Origin: an uncultured Bacilli bacterium
GTDB lineage: Bacteria; Bacillota_I; Bacilli_A; RF39; UBA660
Length of the DNA: 54,034 nucleotides
Reading direction: 5' to 3'
Assembly (NCBI GenBank): GCA_934122215.1
Contig: CAKOWF010000002.1
Coordinates: 1 to 54,034, forward strand
In this document: positions 31,381 to 41,728 of the stretch, piece by piece
How the letters are laid out: each line of letters starts with the position of its first letter
How positions within the stretch are numbered: position 1 is the stretch's first letter
Translations under genes and position numbers: made by a program
Notes under the pieces: model-generated
The model's database searches: none
Told to the model about the DNA's origin: nothing
The model's input: only the letters and a program-made list of their open reading frames with translations

Positions 31381-31992
31381 ATGAAAAAAGGATTTACATT
31401 AATAGAATTAATAGCTACTCTAGTTATATTATCAATAGTAGCAATAATAGTTGTACCAAACATAGATAAGAATTTTAAAAAAATGGTAAAAGGTGTAACA
31501 GATGTTCAAAAAGAGGCAATCATAGAAGCTTCAAAAAATTGGGCAAATGACAACATAAATAGTATGCCAAGTGTAAATGATGGAGTTGTATACGTATATT
31601 TAAAAGAATTAAAAGATGGTGGATATCTATCAGAAAATGTATATAAAAATACAGATTTAACAGAATATAATGACAACATTTTTATAGAAATAACTTGCAA
31701 AGTAATAGAATCAGATCAAAATAATAATAATAACTATAAATATAATTATAATTTATATGACACAAATGAAAAATTATTAATTTTTTTAGCAACCAAATAT
31801 GCAAAAAATAATACTATTTCTAGTACAACAGTTTTATCAGTTCCAACATTATTACAATATTTACCAAATGAATTAGTTGATTTAAAAGTAGAAAATAAAT
31901 TAAAAAGTATAGAAGAGACAGGTTTAATTAGTAATTCAACAGTAACTATAGAAAATAAAAATGGAATCTATAACTATATTGTTCAACAATAA
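31381..31992 (+). CDS. type IV pilin-like / pseudopilin protein
   Basis: Class III signal MKKG|FTLIELIATLVILSIVAIIVV (prepilin cleavage/methylation motif with Glu+5); 203 aa. Confidence 0.75.
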   Translation: MKKGFTLIELIATLVILSIVAIIVVPNIDKNFKKMVKGVTDVQKEAIIEASKNWANDNINSMPSVNDGVVYVYLKELKDGGYLSENVYKNTDLTEYNDNIFIEITCKVIESDQNNNNNYKYNYNLYDTNEKLLIFLATKYAKNNTISSTTVLSVPTLLQYLPNELVDLKVENKLKSIEETGLISNSTVTIENKNGIYNYIVQQ

Positions 31993-32002
31993 AAAGATAT
32001 AG

Positions 32003-32797
32003 CTAACCTAATGCTACATCTAAAATCATCATTATAGAAAAACCAATTAATGTAAAAAGGGCCATAATTTCCTTTTTTTTATTTGATTGACTCTCAGGTA
32101 TTAATTCTTGTACAACAACGTATATCATTGCCCCAGCAGCAAATGCTAACAAAAATGGTAATAATAAACGAATTTTTGTTACAAGTAAGGCACCAATAAC
32201 AGCAGATATAGGTTCAACTATTCCACTCAATTGTCCAAAAAAGAATGCTTTTTTTCTACTCATACCTTCTCTTCTAAGTGGTACACTAACAGCTGTTCCT
32301 TCCGGGAAATTTTGTAAACCAATTCCTAGAGCTAATATTAATGAACTTGCAATCGTTGCCCCTTCAAGTCCATAATTTAATGATCCAAATGCTACACCAA
32401 TAGCTAATCCCTCAGGAATATTATGTAAAGTTATAGAGAATATAAGCATTAGACATCTTTTAAAACCATCTCGTTTCTTCAAAAAATTATTATCAAAATG
32501 GTTGAATAATTTATCTCCAATAAATAATAATATACCACCACATAAAAATCCTATAGAAGCAATAATCCACGAACACATATTTAAATTGTTAGCCATTTCT
32601 ATACTTGGTTCTAAAAGCGACCAAAAAGAGGCAGCAATCATTACACCAGCAGCAAACCCTAACATTGCATCCATAATATTTTTATTTGGCTTTTTAAATA
32701 TAAAAACAATAGCAGCACCAATTGCAGTAATACCCCATGTAAATATAGTAGCAAGCAATGCCTGAGTAACATGATTTAAATTATAAAAAAATTCCAT
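32003..32797 (-). CDS. zupT: ZIP-family zinc transporter
   Basis: 8-TM protein with HNIPEGLAIG and QNFPEGTAVS motifs. Confidence 0.88.
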   Translation of the reverse strand: MEFFYNLNHVTQALLATIFTWGITAIGAAIVFIFKKPNKNIMDAMLGFAAGVMIAASFWSLLEPSIEMANNLNMCSWIIASIGFLCGGILLFIGDKLFNHFDNNFLKKRDGFKRCLMLIFSITLHNIPEGLAIGVAFGSLNYGLEGATIASSLILALGIGLQNFPEGTAVSVPLRREGMSRKKAFFFGQLSGIVEPISAVIGALLVTKIRLLLPFLLAFAAGAMIYVVVQELIPESQSNKKKEIMALFTLIGFSIMMILDVALG

Positions 32798-33005
32798 TTA
32801 ATCCCTCCAGCACTATCATGATATGTAATAATCATATTATGGTATAGGCAATTATGTAATTATGCAAAAATATAGTATAATATATTAGGTAGTATGAAAA
32901 ACAAAATAATAGTTAATACAAAAATATTAAATTAATTATTGAAAATTATGTTACAATATAAAATAATGTCATTAGGCATATATAAATAATTAATAGGAGG
33001 GAAAT

Positions 33006-33908
33006 ATGTCATTTACTAGTGTTGTAAAAAATGAAGTAAGCAAATTACAGAACCAAGATATAGAATATATATCTGAGTTATCTGCTATTTTAAGAAATAT
33101 TGGAATAATAAGTAATACAATAAAGATAACAAGTGAAAATGCTAGTGTAACTAGAAGAATATTTAGTTTGATAAAAGATAAATATAATGTTGTTCCAAAT
33201 ATAACAGTAAGACGTGGTTTCAATTTTAATAAAAATTATATCTATATTTTGGAAATAACAAATAAAATAAAAGAAATAACTAATGATTTATCACTTGATA
33301 CTAGTATACCAAAACAATATATTTACGATGATTTAGAATTAATTAAAGCATATTTAAGAGGAGTATTTTTAAGTGTAGGTTCTATAAATGATCCAAAAAA
33401 ATCACGATATCATTTAGAATTTTTGGTTAATGATTTGGAATATGCTAACTTTGTATCAAAACTTTTAAATATGTTTGATTTAAATAGTAAAGTAATTAAA
33501 AGAGAAACTAAATATATGATATATATAAAAGAAGCCGAAAAAATAGGAGATTTTTTAAAAATAATTCAAGCAACAGAGGCACTATTTTATTACGAGGATA
33601 TAAGAATATATAGAGATCATAAAAATATGACAAACAGATTAAATAATTGTGAACAAGCAAATGTAGATAAAACAATAATAACGGCTAATAATCAAGTAAA
33701 AGAAATAGAAAAAATAATGGATTCTGGAGGATTAGATTTATTAGATTTAAAAACAAAAGAAGCAGCAATATATAGATTAAAATATAAAGAAGCATCATTA
33801 TTAGAACTTAGTGAAATTATTAGTATAGAAACTGGTAATAAAATAACTAAATCAGGACTACATCATAGATTTAAAAAAATAAGTGATTTAGCTAGTAAAA
33901 TAAAATAG
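33006..33908 (+). CDS. whiA: DNA-binding protein WhiA
   Basis: MSFTSVVKNEV N-terminus, degenerate LAGLIDADG-like core (YLRGVFLSVGSINDP) and a C-terminal HTH. Confidence 0.9.
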   Translation: MSFTSVVKNEVSKLQNQDIEYISELSAILRNIGIISNTIKITSENASVTRRIFSLIKDKYNVVPNITVRRGFNFNKNYIYILEITNKIKEITNDLSLDTSIPKQYIYDDLELIKAYLRGVFLSVGSINDPKKSRYHLEFLVNDLEYANFVSKLLNMFDLNSKVIKRETKYMIYIKEAEKIGDFLKIIQATEALFYYEDIRIYRDHKNMTNRLNNCEQANVDKTIITANNQVKEIEKIMDSGGLDLLDLKTKEAAIYRLKYKEASLLELSEIISIETGNKITKSGLHHRFKKISDLASKIK

Positions 33909-34054
33909 CTTGTATCATATATGATGAATTACAAAATTATATAATATGTAAAAATATAAAGCTACAAATTTATACAAAAGTAAGATTAAAAATATTACAA
34001 AATGAAAAGACATAACAAAAAAAATATAGTATAATAATAAATACAGGTGATAAT

Positions 34055-34495
34055 ATGAAAGTAATTTTTATAAAAGATTTAAAAGGTCAAGGAAAAAAAG
34101 ATGAAATAAAAGAAGTAAAAGATGGATATGCTCAAAACTTCTTAATTAAAAATGGATATGCCATTAAAGCATCAGATAGTAATATGATAAAATTTCAAAA
34201 ACAAAAAACAATAGAAAAATTAGAAGAAAATCTTTTGGTAAGAGAAATGGAAGATTTAAAGAAAAAATTAGAAAAAGAAAATTTTGAAATAAAAGTAAAA
34301 ACTGGTAAACAAGATATGATGTTTGGAGCAGTATCAATAAAACAAATAAAAGAATTATTGATAGAAAAGGGTTATAAAATAGATAAAACAAAAATAAACA
34401 TTGATCATCAAATAACAAGTTTAGGTGTACACAATGTAAATATAGAATTACACAAAAACGTAGTAGCAACAATAAAAATAAAAGTAACAAAGTAG
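34055..34495 (+). CDS. rplI: 50S ribosomal protein L9
   Basis: [32 protein letters not shown]-terminus. Confidence 0.95.
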   Translation: MKVIFIKDLKGQGKKDEIKEVKDGYAQNFLIKNGYAIKASDSNMIKFQKQKTIEKLEENLLVREMEDLKKKLEKENFEIKVKTGKQDMMFGAVSIKQIKELLIEKGYKIDKTKINIDHQITSLGVHNVNIELHKNVVATIKIKVTK

Positions 34496-34503
34496 GTGAA
34501 AAT

Positions 34504-35850
34504 ATGGCAGAAAAAATAATACCACATAATATAGAAGCAGAACAATCAGTAATAGGGGCAATGTTTTTAACAAAATATGCTCAGGAAAGAGCAATAGAAA
34601 CATTGACAAGTGATCAGTTTTATTTGGATGCCCATGGTAAAATTTTTAATGCCATTAAATTTTTATCAGAAAATGGTAAACCAATAGACATCACAACTAT
34701 ATCAAATGAATTAGAAACAAGAAAAGAATTAAAACAAATAGGTGGAATGGACTATCTACTTAAAATAGCAGATATAGTACCATTAGCAACCAACATAGAT
34801 GAGTATATTAAAATAGTAGAAGAAAAAGCAATATTAAGAAGATTAATAGATGCCAATATAAAGATAGAAACAGAATGTTATGAGTCAACTGATTCAGTAA
34901 GTGATATTTTAGATAAAGCAGAAAGTACAATTTTAAATGTAGTAAAAACAAGAAAAGGTTCAGAATTTAGAACTATTCAAGATGTATTATTCAAAACTCA
35001 AGCTAACTTAGAAGAATTATCAAAAAACCGAGGCGAAATAACTGGACTTAGAACTGGATTTAATGAATTAGATAGAATAACTTCAGGTCTTCATGAAAAT
35101 GAACTTATAATTATAGCGGCTCGTCCTGGTATGGGTAAAACAGCTTTTGCTTTAAATTTAGCAGTAAATGCTGCTACACTAAATGGATCAACAGTAGCTT
35201 TATTTAATATGGAAATGGGTGCAGAACAATTAGCGACTCGTATGCTATCAAGTGTTGGACAAATAGATAATAATAGATTAAGAAGCGGTAATTTAGAACA
35301 TAAAGATTGGAAACGAGTTAATGAAGCAATAAGTAGATTAGCAGATACTAATATTTTTATGGATGATACCCCAGGTATGACTATAGGAGAAATAAGAGCT
35401 AAATGTAGAAGATTAGCAAGTAGTGAAAAAGGATTAGGAATAATAATAATCGACTATTTGCAATTAATTACAGGTTCTACAAAAGGAACAAACAGACAAC
35501 AAGAAATAGCAGAAATATCTCGTTCGCTAAAAACAATGGCAATGGAATTAAATGTACCAGTTATTGCTTTAGCCCAATTATCTCGTAGTGTAGAACAAAG
35601 AGATGATAAAAGGCCTATTTTAAGTGATTTAAGAGAATCAGGTTCTATTGAACAAGATGCCGATATAGTGGCATTCCTTTATAGAGAAGATTATTATACA
35701 AAACAAGTTTCAATAGACGAACATACAAGTAAGAGTACATTAATAATTGCTAAACATCGTAATGGTATTACAAAAGATATTGATTTAATATTCAAACTAA
35801 ATACAAGTACATTTTTAGATTATCAAAATGAAGAAACAGTAGGTGAGTAA
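34504..35850 (+). CDS. dnaB: replicative DNA helicase
   Basis: PHNIEAEQSVIGAM, Walker A ARPGMGKT, IIIDYLQL and LSDLRESGSIEQDAD motifs. Confidence 0.96.
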   Translation: MAEKIIPHNIEAEQSVIGAMFLTKYAQERAIETLTSDQFYLDAHGKIFNAIKFLSENGKPIDITTISNELETRKELKQIGGMDYLLKIADIVPLATNIDEYIKIVEEKAILRRLIDANIKIETECYESTDSVSDILDKAESTILNVVKTRKGSEFRTIQDVLFKTQANLEELSKNRGEITGLRTGFNELDRITSGLHENELIIIAARPGMGKTAFALNLAVNAATLNGSTVALFNMEMGAEQLATRMLSSVGQIDNNRLRSGNLEHKDWKRVNEAISRLADTNIFMDDTPGMTIGEIRAKCRRLASSEKGLGIIIIDYLQLITGSTKGTNRQQEIAEISRSLKTMAMELNVPVIALAQLSRSVEQRDDKRPILSDLRESGSIEQDADIVAFLYREDYYTKQVSIDEHTSKSTLIIAKHRNGITKDIDLIFKLNTSTFLDYQNEETVGE

Positions 35851-35851
35851 T

Positions 35852-37306
35852 TTGAAAAGAAAGTCCATTATAATACTAATAATAAGTAGTATATTAATAG
35901 TTTTCTTTGGATTTCAATACAATAGAGGTATTAAAGCATATACTTTATATAAAGTATATTTAGGTGATGAAGTAATTGGAACAATAAATTCAAAGGAAAA
36001 ATTAGAAGAATATATTGATGAACAAAATACAAAGTATAAAGAAGAATATAATGTTGATAAAGTATATTCACCAAAAGGATTAGAGATAAAAAAAGTATCA
36101 ACTTATTCCACAAATATTGATACAATTGAAGATGTTTATAAAAAAATATTGCAAAGAGAACCTTTTACAATAAGTGGTTACGAATTTAATATAAAATCAG
36201 ATGATAAAACAATAACTATATATACTCTAAAAGAAGAAACATTTAAAAATGCAATTAACAATATTATTGAAACTTTAGTTGGAAAAGAAGACTATGAAAA
36301 ATATAAAAATAAAACTCAAGCACAAATAACAACAACAGGTAGTATTATAGAAGATGTATATGTAGAAGAAAATATAACTGTAAAACAAACAAATATATCA
36401 GTTTCAGAAGATATTTATTTAAATGAAGCAGATTTATCAAAATATTTATTATTTGGCACTACTGAGGCACAAAAAACATATACAGTAAAAGTCGGTGATA
36501 CAATAGAAGAAGTGGCTTTTAACAATAAAATAAGTGTAGAAGAATTTTTAATTTCAAATCCTACATTTACTAGTAGTAAAAATTTATTGTTTCCAGGTCA
36601 AATAGTAACAATAGGAATAACTAATCCTCAATTATCTGTAGTAGTAGAAGAATATGTAGTAGAAGATAAAGAAATAAAATATCAAACAGAATATCAATAT
36701 GATCCAGATAAAAATAAATATTATGAAGAAAAATTACAAAATGGTGTTAATGGTTTAGAAAGAGTAAGCCAAAGAACAAAAACTGTAAATGGAATAATGG
36801 AAGCAGTAGAATCAATATCCAAAGAAGAGTTACAGCCTGCTATAAATCAAATTATATTGAAAGGTCAAAAAGAAGTAACTGGAGTAGGAGATACTAAAAA
36901 CTGGTTGTGGCCAACAAATAGTGGATGGACAATTACATCAGGTTGGACATACCGTATTAATCCGATATCAAATCAACGTGAAATTCACCAAGCAATAGAT
37001 ATAGCTGGAACAGGTTATGGATCACCAATATATGCCGTAACAAATGGTGTTGTATCTGAGGTTTCATCAAGAACACAAGATGGTAAGTATGTATGTATTA
37101 ATCATAACAATGGATATTATACATGTTATGCGCATATGTCAAAACAAAATGTAAAAGTTGGAGAAATTGTAGAACGTGGAGCAATAATTGGATTTATGGG
37201 ACATACTGGTTGGGCAACAGGTACACATGTACACTTTGAAGTATGGATTAACGGTAAGCCTTGGATGGGTGGAAAACGTATTAATCCTTGGACAATGTAT
37301 CGATGA
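35852..37306 (+). CDS. membrane-anchored LysM / M23 metallopeptidase
   Basis: TTG at 35852 follows AGGTGAG (alternative GTG at 35843). LysM segment YTVKVGDTIEEVAF. M23 motifs HQAIDIAG and THVHFEV. Confidence 0.8.
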   Translation: MKRKSIIILIISSILIVFFGFQYNRGIKAYTLYKVYLGDEVIGTINSKEKLEEYIDEQNTKYKEEYNVDKVYSPKGLEIKKVSTYSTNIDTIEDVYKKILQREPFTISGYEFNIKSDDKTITIYTLKEETFKNAINNIIETLVGKEDYEKYKNKTQAQITTTGSIIEDVYVEENITVKQTNISVSEDIYLNEADLSKYLLFGTTEAQKTYTVKVGDTIEEVAFNNKISVEEFLISNPTFTSSKNLLFPGQIVTIGITNPQLSVVVEEYVVEDKEIKYQTEYQYDPDKNKYYEEKLQNGVNGLERVSQRTKTVNGIMEAVESISKEELQPAINQIILKGQKEVTGVGDTKNWLWPTNSGWTITSGWTYRINPISNQREIHQAIDIAGTGYGSPIYAVTNGVVSEVSSRTQDGKYVCINHNNGYYTCYAHMSKQNVKVGEIVERGAIIGFMGHTGWATGTHVHFEVWINGKPWMGGKRINPWTMYR

Positions 37307-38067
37307 AAACTTGTATTTTAGCTACTGGAAGTAAAGGCAATAGTACATATATTGCCTCTTCTAATACTAATATTTTAATAGATTTAGGAACAACCAGTTT
37401 ATATGTTGAAAAACAATTAAAAAATGCCAATATAGATCCAAAATTAATAGAAGCTATAGTTTTAACACATACTCATATAGACCATGTTAATGGAATAAGA
37501 GTATTTATGAAAAAATATCATCCAACTTTATATTTAACAGAAAAAATGTATAAAGAATTAAATAGAGAATTTGAAATAGAAAAATATAAAATAATAGATG
37601 GTGATTTTGATATTAATGATATTCATTTTAGAGTGTTTAAAACATCTCATGATTCACCAGATTCAAATGGATATGTGATAGAAAATAATAATAGAAGTAT
37701 AGTTTATATAACAGATACAGGATATATTAATCAAAAAAATCATGCATTGCTAAAAAATAGAAACTTATACATAATGGAAAGTAATCATGATATTAAAATG
37801 TTGATGGATGGAAAATATCCATACCATTTGAAACAAAGAATATTAGGAGATAAAGGGCATTTATCAAATAAAGATTCAGCCTTCTATTTATCAAAATTTA
37901 TTGGAAAAGATACTAAAACGATAGTATTGATTCACTTAAGTCATGATAATAATAATCCAGATATTGCTTTAGATACCTTAAAAGAAGAGTTAAAAAATAA
38001 TAATATTAATTTTTCCAATATACTAATATCAAGTCAAACAGAAAGAACAGATGTTATAGAAGTATGA
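37303..38067 (+). CDS. yycJ: MBL-fold hydrolase, YycJ/WalJ-like
   Basis: ATGA overlap with the upstream stop. ILATGSKGNSTY and HTHIDH motifs. Confidence 0.7.
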   Translation: MKTCILATGSKGNSTYIASSNTNILIDLGTTSLYVEKQLKNANIDPKLIEAIVLTHTHIDHVNGIRVFMKKYHPTLYLTEKMYKELNREFEIEKYKIIDGDFDINDIHFRVFKTSHDSPDSNGYVIENNNRSIVYITDTGYINQKNHALLKNRNLYIMESNHDIKMLMDGKYPYHLKQRILGDKGHLSNKDSAFYLSKFIGKDTKTIVLIHLSHDNNNPDIALDTLKEELKNNNINFSNILISSQTERTDVIEV

Positions 38068-38510
38068 TTAAAGTAATATGCGTTGGTAAAATAAAAGAAG
38101 ATTACTTAAAAAAAGGTATTGAAGAATACAAAAAAAGAATATCCAAATACTCTAAAATAGAAATAATCGAATTAATAGATGAATCAAATGGTAATATTTT
38201 AGAAAAAGAGCGAGATAAAATATTAAAATATATCAATGATAAAGATTATATAATTACCCTAGAAATAGATGGTAATAATGTAGATTCTGTAGAATTATCA
38301 AAAAAAATAGAAAATATATATTTAAATTATTCAAATATTACTTTTATAATAGGTGGTTCATATGGATTACATGATGATATAAAAAGTAAAAGTAATTATG
38401 CTCTGTCATTTTCAAAACTAACTTTTCCACATCAATTATTTAGAATGATGTTATTAGAACAAATATATAGGTCATTTAAAATTAGTCATAATGAAACATA
38501 TCATAAATAA
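38064..38510 (+). CDS. rlmH: 23S rRNA (pseudouridine1915-N3)-methyltransferase
   Basis: SPOUT fold, 148 aa, ICVGKIKEDYLKKGIEEY and IIGGSYGL motifs. Confidence 0.92.
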   Translation: MIKVICVGKIKEDYLKKGIEEYKKRISKYSKIEIIELIDESNGNILEKERDKILKYINDKDYIITLEIDGNNVDSVELSKKIENIYLNYSNITFIIGGSYGLHDDIKSKSNYALSFSKLTFPHQLFRMMLLEQIYRSFKISHNETYHK

Positions 38511-38542
38511 TGCACAATAAATAAAAGATATTGTGTATTTTT
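38511..38542 (+). terminator. rho-independent terminator
   Basis: 9-bp stem TGCACAATA/TATTGTGTA, 9-nt loop, T5. Confidence 0.6.
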
Positions 38543-38609
38543 ACTATTCAAAAATAAAAATGAATAAAAAATCAATAAATCATCATTATTACTATAGGAG
38601 ATGATTTAA

Positions 38610-39122
38610 TTGAAAAAAATCATAATAATATTAATACCAATTTTATTATTTATAGTAAAAGTAAATGCCAATAAAATACCAAATGATGCAATTAGAATAA
38701 GGGTAGTTGCTAATTCAGATTCAGAATATGACCAACAAATAAAATATAAAGTAAGCGATTATCTAAAATCAGAAATGTATATGTTATTAAAAGATACAAA
38801 AACAAAAGAAGAAGCAGATAAAATAATAGAAAAAAATATAAACAAAATAGATAATAATATATATACAATATTAAAAAAAGAAAATTACAATCTAGGATAT
38901 ACTATAAATTATGGAAAAAATTATTTTCCAGAAAAAAAATACAAAGGTATGACCTATGAAGAAGGATATTATGACTCTTTACTTGTTACATTAGGTAAAG
39001 GAGAAGGAGAAAATTGGTGGTGTGTTTTATTTCCACCATTATGCTTGATAGAAGCAGAAGAAAGTACAGAAGTAGAATATAATTTTTTCTTATTTGATAT
39101 TGTAAAAAATTTATTTAATTAG
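38610..39122 (+). CDS. spoIIR: stage II sporulation protein R
   Basis: Signal/TM segment, IRIRVVANSDSEYDQQIKYKV and NWWCVLFPPLC motifs. Confidence 0.8.
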   Translation: MKKIIIILIPILLFIVKVNANKIPNDAIRIRVVANSDSEYDQQIKYKVSDYLKSEMYMLLKDTKTKEEADKIIEKNINKIDNNIYTILKKENYNLGYTINYGKNYFPEKKYKGMTYEEGYYDSLLVTLGKGEGENWWCVLFPPLCLIEAEESTEVEYNFFLFDIVKNLFN

Positions 39123-39167
39123 TAATAAAATATAAACCTCTTAATAATATAGATTAGGAGGTTTTTT

Positions 39168-39695
39168 ATGTCAATATTAGTGATTTTTATAATAGCAGTA
39201 AGTCTTAGTATGGATGCCTTCTCATTATCACTAGCATATGGTACATTAAATATTGAAAAAGAAAAAAGAATAATATTATCAACAATAGTTGGTATATACC
39301 ATTTTGTAATGCCAATAATTGGAATGTATGTAGGAAGAACTATACTTTTTTTATTACCAGTTAAACCAACTACAGTAGTATTTATTGTATTACTTGTAAT
39401 TGGAATTCAAATGATTATCGAAACACAAAAAGAAAGTAGAATAAATGTATTAAATATAGGTGAATTATTACTTTTTGGACTAGCTGTTTCAATAGATAGT
39501 TTTTCAATAGGAATAGGATTAAATGCTATATATGATAAACCAATAATAGCAGCAATTATATTCTCAATTATTAGCTATATTTTTACATATTTAGGACTTT
39601 TCCTAGGTACAAAGATAAATGATAAAATAGGTAAATATTCAACAATAATAGGTGGAATTGTATTAATAATAATAGGTATTTTATATCTATTTTAA
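39168..39695 (+). CDS. MntP/YtaF-family (DUF204) membrane protein
   Basis: Duplicated SMDAFSLS / SIDSFSIG motifs; 6 TM segments. Confidence 0.7.
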   Translation: MSILVIFIIAVSLSMDAFSLSLAYGTLNIEKEKRIILSTIVGIYHFVMPIIGMYVGRTILFLLPVKPTTVVFIVLLVIGIQMIIETQKESRINVLNIGELLLFGLAVSIDSFSIGIGLNAIYDKPIIAAIIFSIISYIFTYLGLFLGTKINDKIGKYSTIIGGIVLIIIGILYLF

Positions 39696-39779
39696 TATAT
39701 TTGCCTTTTTCAAAAAAAAATAATATAATAATGTTATGACAATAGTTTAGAATAAACATATACTAAAGTAGGAGGAATC

Positions 39780-41033
39780 ATGAAACAACTAAAAATAAAA
39801 GGAAACAGAATTTTATCAGGAACAATAGAGATAAGTGGGGCAAAAAATAGTGCAGTTGCATTGATTCCAGCTTCAATATTATCAGACGGAGTTGTAAAAA
39901 TAGATAACGTTCCAAATATTTCTGATATTGATGCATTAAATGAAATATTGGAATATTTAGGAGCAAAAGTAAAAAGATTAGGAAAAGAAATAGAAATAAA
40001 TTCTAAAGATATTCAAAATAAAGAAATACCAGAAGAAATATCAAAAAAATTAAGAGCATCATACTATTTTATGTCAGCACTTTTGGGAAAATATAAAAAA
40101 GTAGAAATGTACTTTCCAGGAGGATGTTCAATAGGGGCACGACCAATAGATCAAACTTTAAAAGCTTTTGAATCTCTAGGAGCTAAAGTAGTAGAAAAAA
40201 ATAATAAATATACAATAACAGCAGAAGAATTAATAGGGACAGATATATCATTAGATATGCCAAGTGTAGGGGCAACAATAAATGCCATGTTAGTATCTAC
40301 TAAAGCTAAAGGGATAACAAAAATATATAATGCAGCAAAAGAACCAGAAATAGTAAGTGTAGCTACTTTTTTAAATAATATGGGAGCAAAAATAAAAGGT
40401 GCTGGAACAAGTACAATAATAATAGAAGGAGTAAACACTTTAAATGGAGCATTTACAGAAGTAATTCCAGATAGAATAGAAGCTGGTACATACATAATAG
40501 CAGGAGCTTTATTAGGAGATAATTTAAAAATAAGTAATATTATTCCAAAACATGTAGAATCATTAACAGAAAAGTTAAAAGAAATGGGTGTACCACTTGT
40601 AATAAAAGAAGACTCAATTATAGTAAGCAAAGCAAATAATTTAAAACCAGTAAAAGTAAAAACACTAGGTTATCCAGGATTTCCAACAGATTTACAACAA
40701 CCATTAACTACTTTATTAACACAAGCTAATGGAACATCTGTGTTAGAAGAAACAATATATGAAAATAGATTTAAAAATGTAGAATATTTAAATAAAATGG
40801 GAGCTGACATAGAAATTATTGGTCAAAAGATAAAAGTTAAAGGTCCAACTAAACTAAATGGTACTAATGTCGAAGCAACAGATTTAAGAGCAGGAGCTTG
40901 TATGGTACTAGCAGCTCTTATAGCAGATAATACAACTTATATTAATTCTATAGAGCATGTACTTAGGGGATATGAAAATATAATAGAAAAATTATCAAAT
41001 GTTGGAGCTAAAATAGAATTAATTGACAACTAA
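39780..41033 (+). CDS. murA: UDP-N-acetylglucosamine 1-carboxyvinyltransferase
   Basis: ISGAKNSAV motif and active-site Cys in PGGCSIGARPID; 417 aa. Confidence 0.96.
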   Translation: MKQLKIKGNRILSGTIEISGAKNSAVALIPASILSDGVVKIDNVPNISDIDALNEILEYLGAKVKRLGKEIEINSKDIQNKEIPEEISKKLRASYYFMSALLGKYKKVEMYFPGGCSIGARPIDQTLKAFESLGAKVVEKNNKYTITAEELIGTDISLDMPSVGATINAMLVSTKAKGITKIYNAAKEPEIVSVATFLNNMGAKIKGAGTSTIIIEGVNTLNGAFTEVIPDRIEAGTYIIAGALLGDNLKISNIIPKHVESLTEKLKEMGVPLVIKEDSIIVSKANNLKPVKVKTLGYPGFPTDLQQPLTTLLTQANGTSVLEETIYENRFKNVEYLNKMGADIEIIGQKIKVKGPTKLNGTNVEATDLRAGACMVLAALIADNTTYINSIEHVLRGYENIIEKLSNVGAKIELIDN

Positions 41034-41044
41034 TAAATATAATT

Positions 41045-41070
41045 AAAGTAGAATAAAATCTACTTTTTTT
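41045..41070 (+). terminator. rho-independent terminator
   Basis: AAAGTAGA, 6-nt loop, TCTACTTT, then T-run. Confidence 0.6.
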
Positions 41071-41080
41071 GAGGTGAAAA

Positions 41081-41689
41081 ATGAAAAAAATTATATTTAT
41101 AATTACTTGTTTAATATTAGTATTAGTTATTTTTAAATTACAAAATAAAGATATATATTATTTAAATTTAAATTCAATATCAAATAATGATTATAGTATT
41201 TACTATAAAGATAATATAAAAAATTTAAAATACTATAATAACAATTTTAATATAGAAGAATATAGAATAACAGATTTAATAAGAGATATAAAAGACAATA
41301 AAGAGATTACTATAAATAATAAAAAACAAACAATAGAAAATTCAATAATAAAAGCTGACATAATTACTATTTGGATTGGTATGAATGAAATAAAATATAA
41401 AATAAATTCAAATAAATCTGAATTATATAATTATGCAGATCAAATACTAATAGATATGGAAGAACTCTTTATATTACTTAGAAAATATTCAAAAGAAGAA
41501 ATAATTTTTTTAAACTTTTATAATCCATCTAATAATAATGATGAAGTAATAATTTATTTAAATAAAAAATTAGAAACAATAGCTAGTGAATATAATATTA
41601 AGATACTAGATATATCAAAAATAATAAAAAATAATCCAACTGATAATAATTATAAAACAATATCAAATATGTTAAAAAATAATTTCTAA
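41081..41689 (+). CDS. membrane-anchored hypothetical protein, weakly SGNH/GDSL-like
   Basis: N-terminal TM segment. The IWIGMNE block resembles SGNH block III. No clear GDS nucleophile or DxxH. Confidence 0.35.
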   Translation: MKKIIFIITCLILVLVIFKLQNKDIYYLNLNSISNNDYSIYYKDNIKNLKYYNNNFNIEEYRITDLIRDIKDNKEITINNKKQTIENSIIKADIITIWIGMNEIKYKINSNKSELYNYADQILIDMEELFILLRKYSKEEIIFLNFYNPSNNNDEVIIYLNKKLETIASEYNIKILDISKIIKNNPTDNNYKTISNMLKNNF

Positions 41690-41728
41690 AAATATAACTT
41701 GTACATATATTTTAATATAGGTGATAAT

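Noticed and set aside
39123-39167. Possible yybP-ykoY manganese riboswitch upstream of the MntP/YtaF-like gene
   Set aside because: The intergenic region is only 45 nt, far too short for that riboswitch. It holds only a weak hairpin (AAACCTC/GAGGTTT) whose 3' arm is the RBS.
40151-40630. 159-aa minus-strand ORF
   Set aside because: Antisense inside murA, with no recognisable features.
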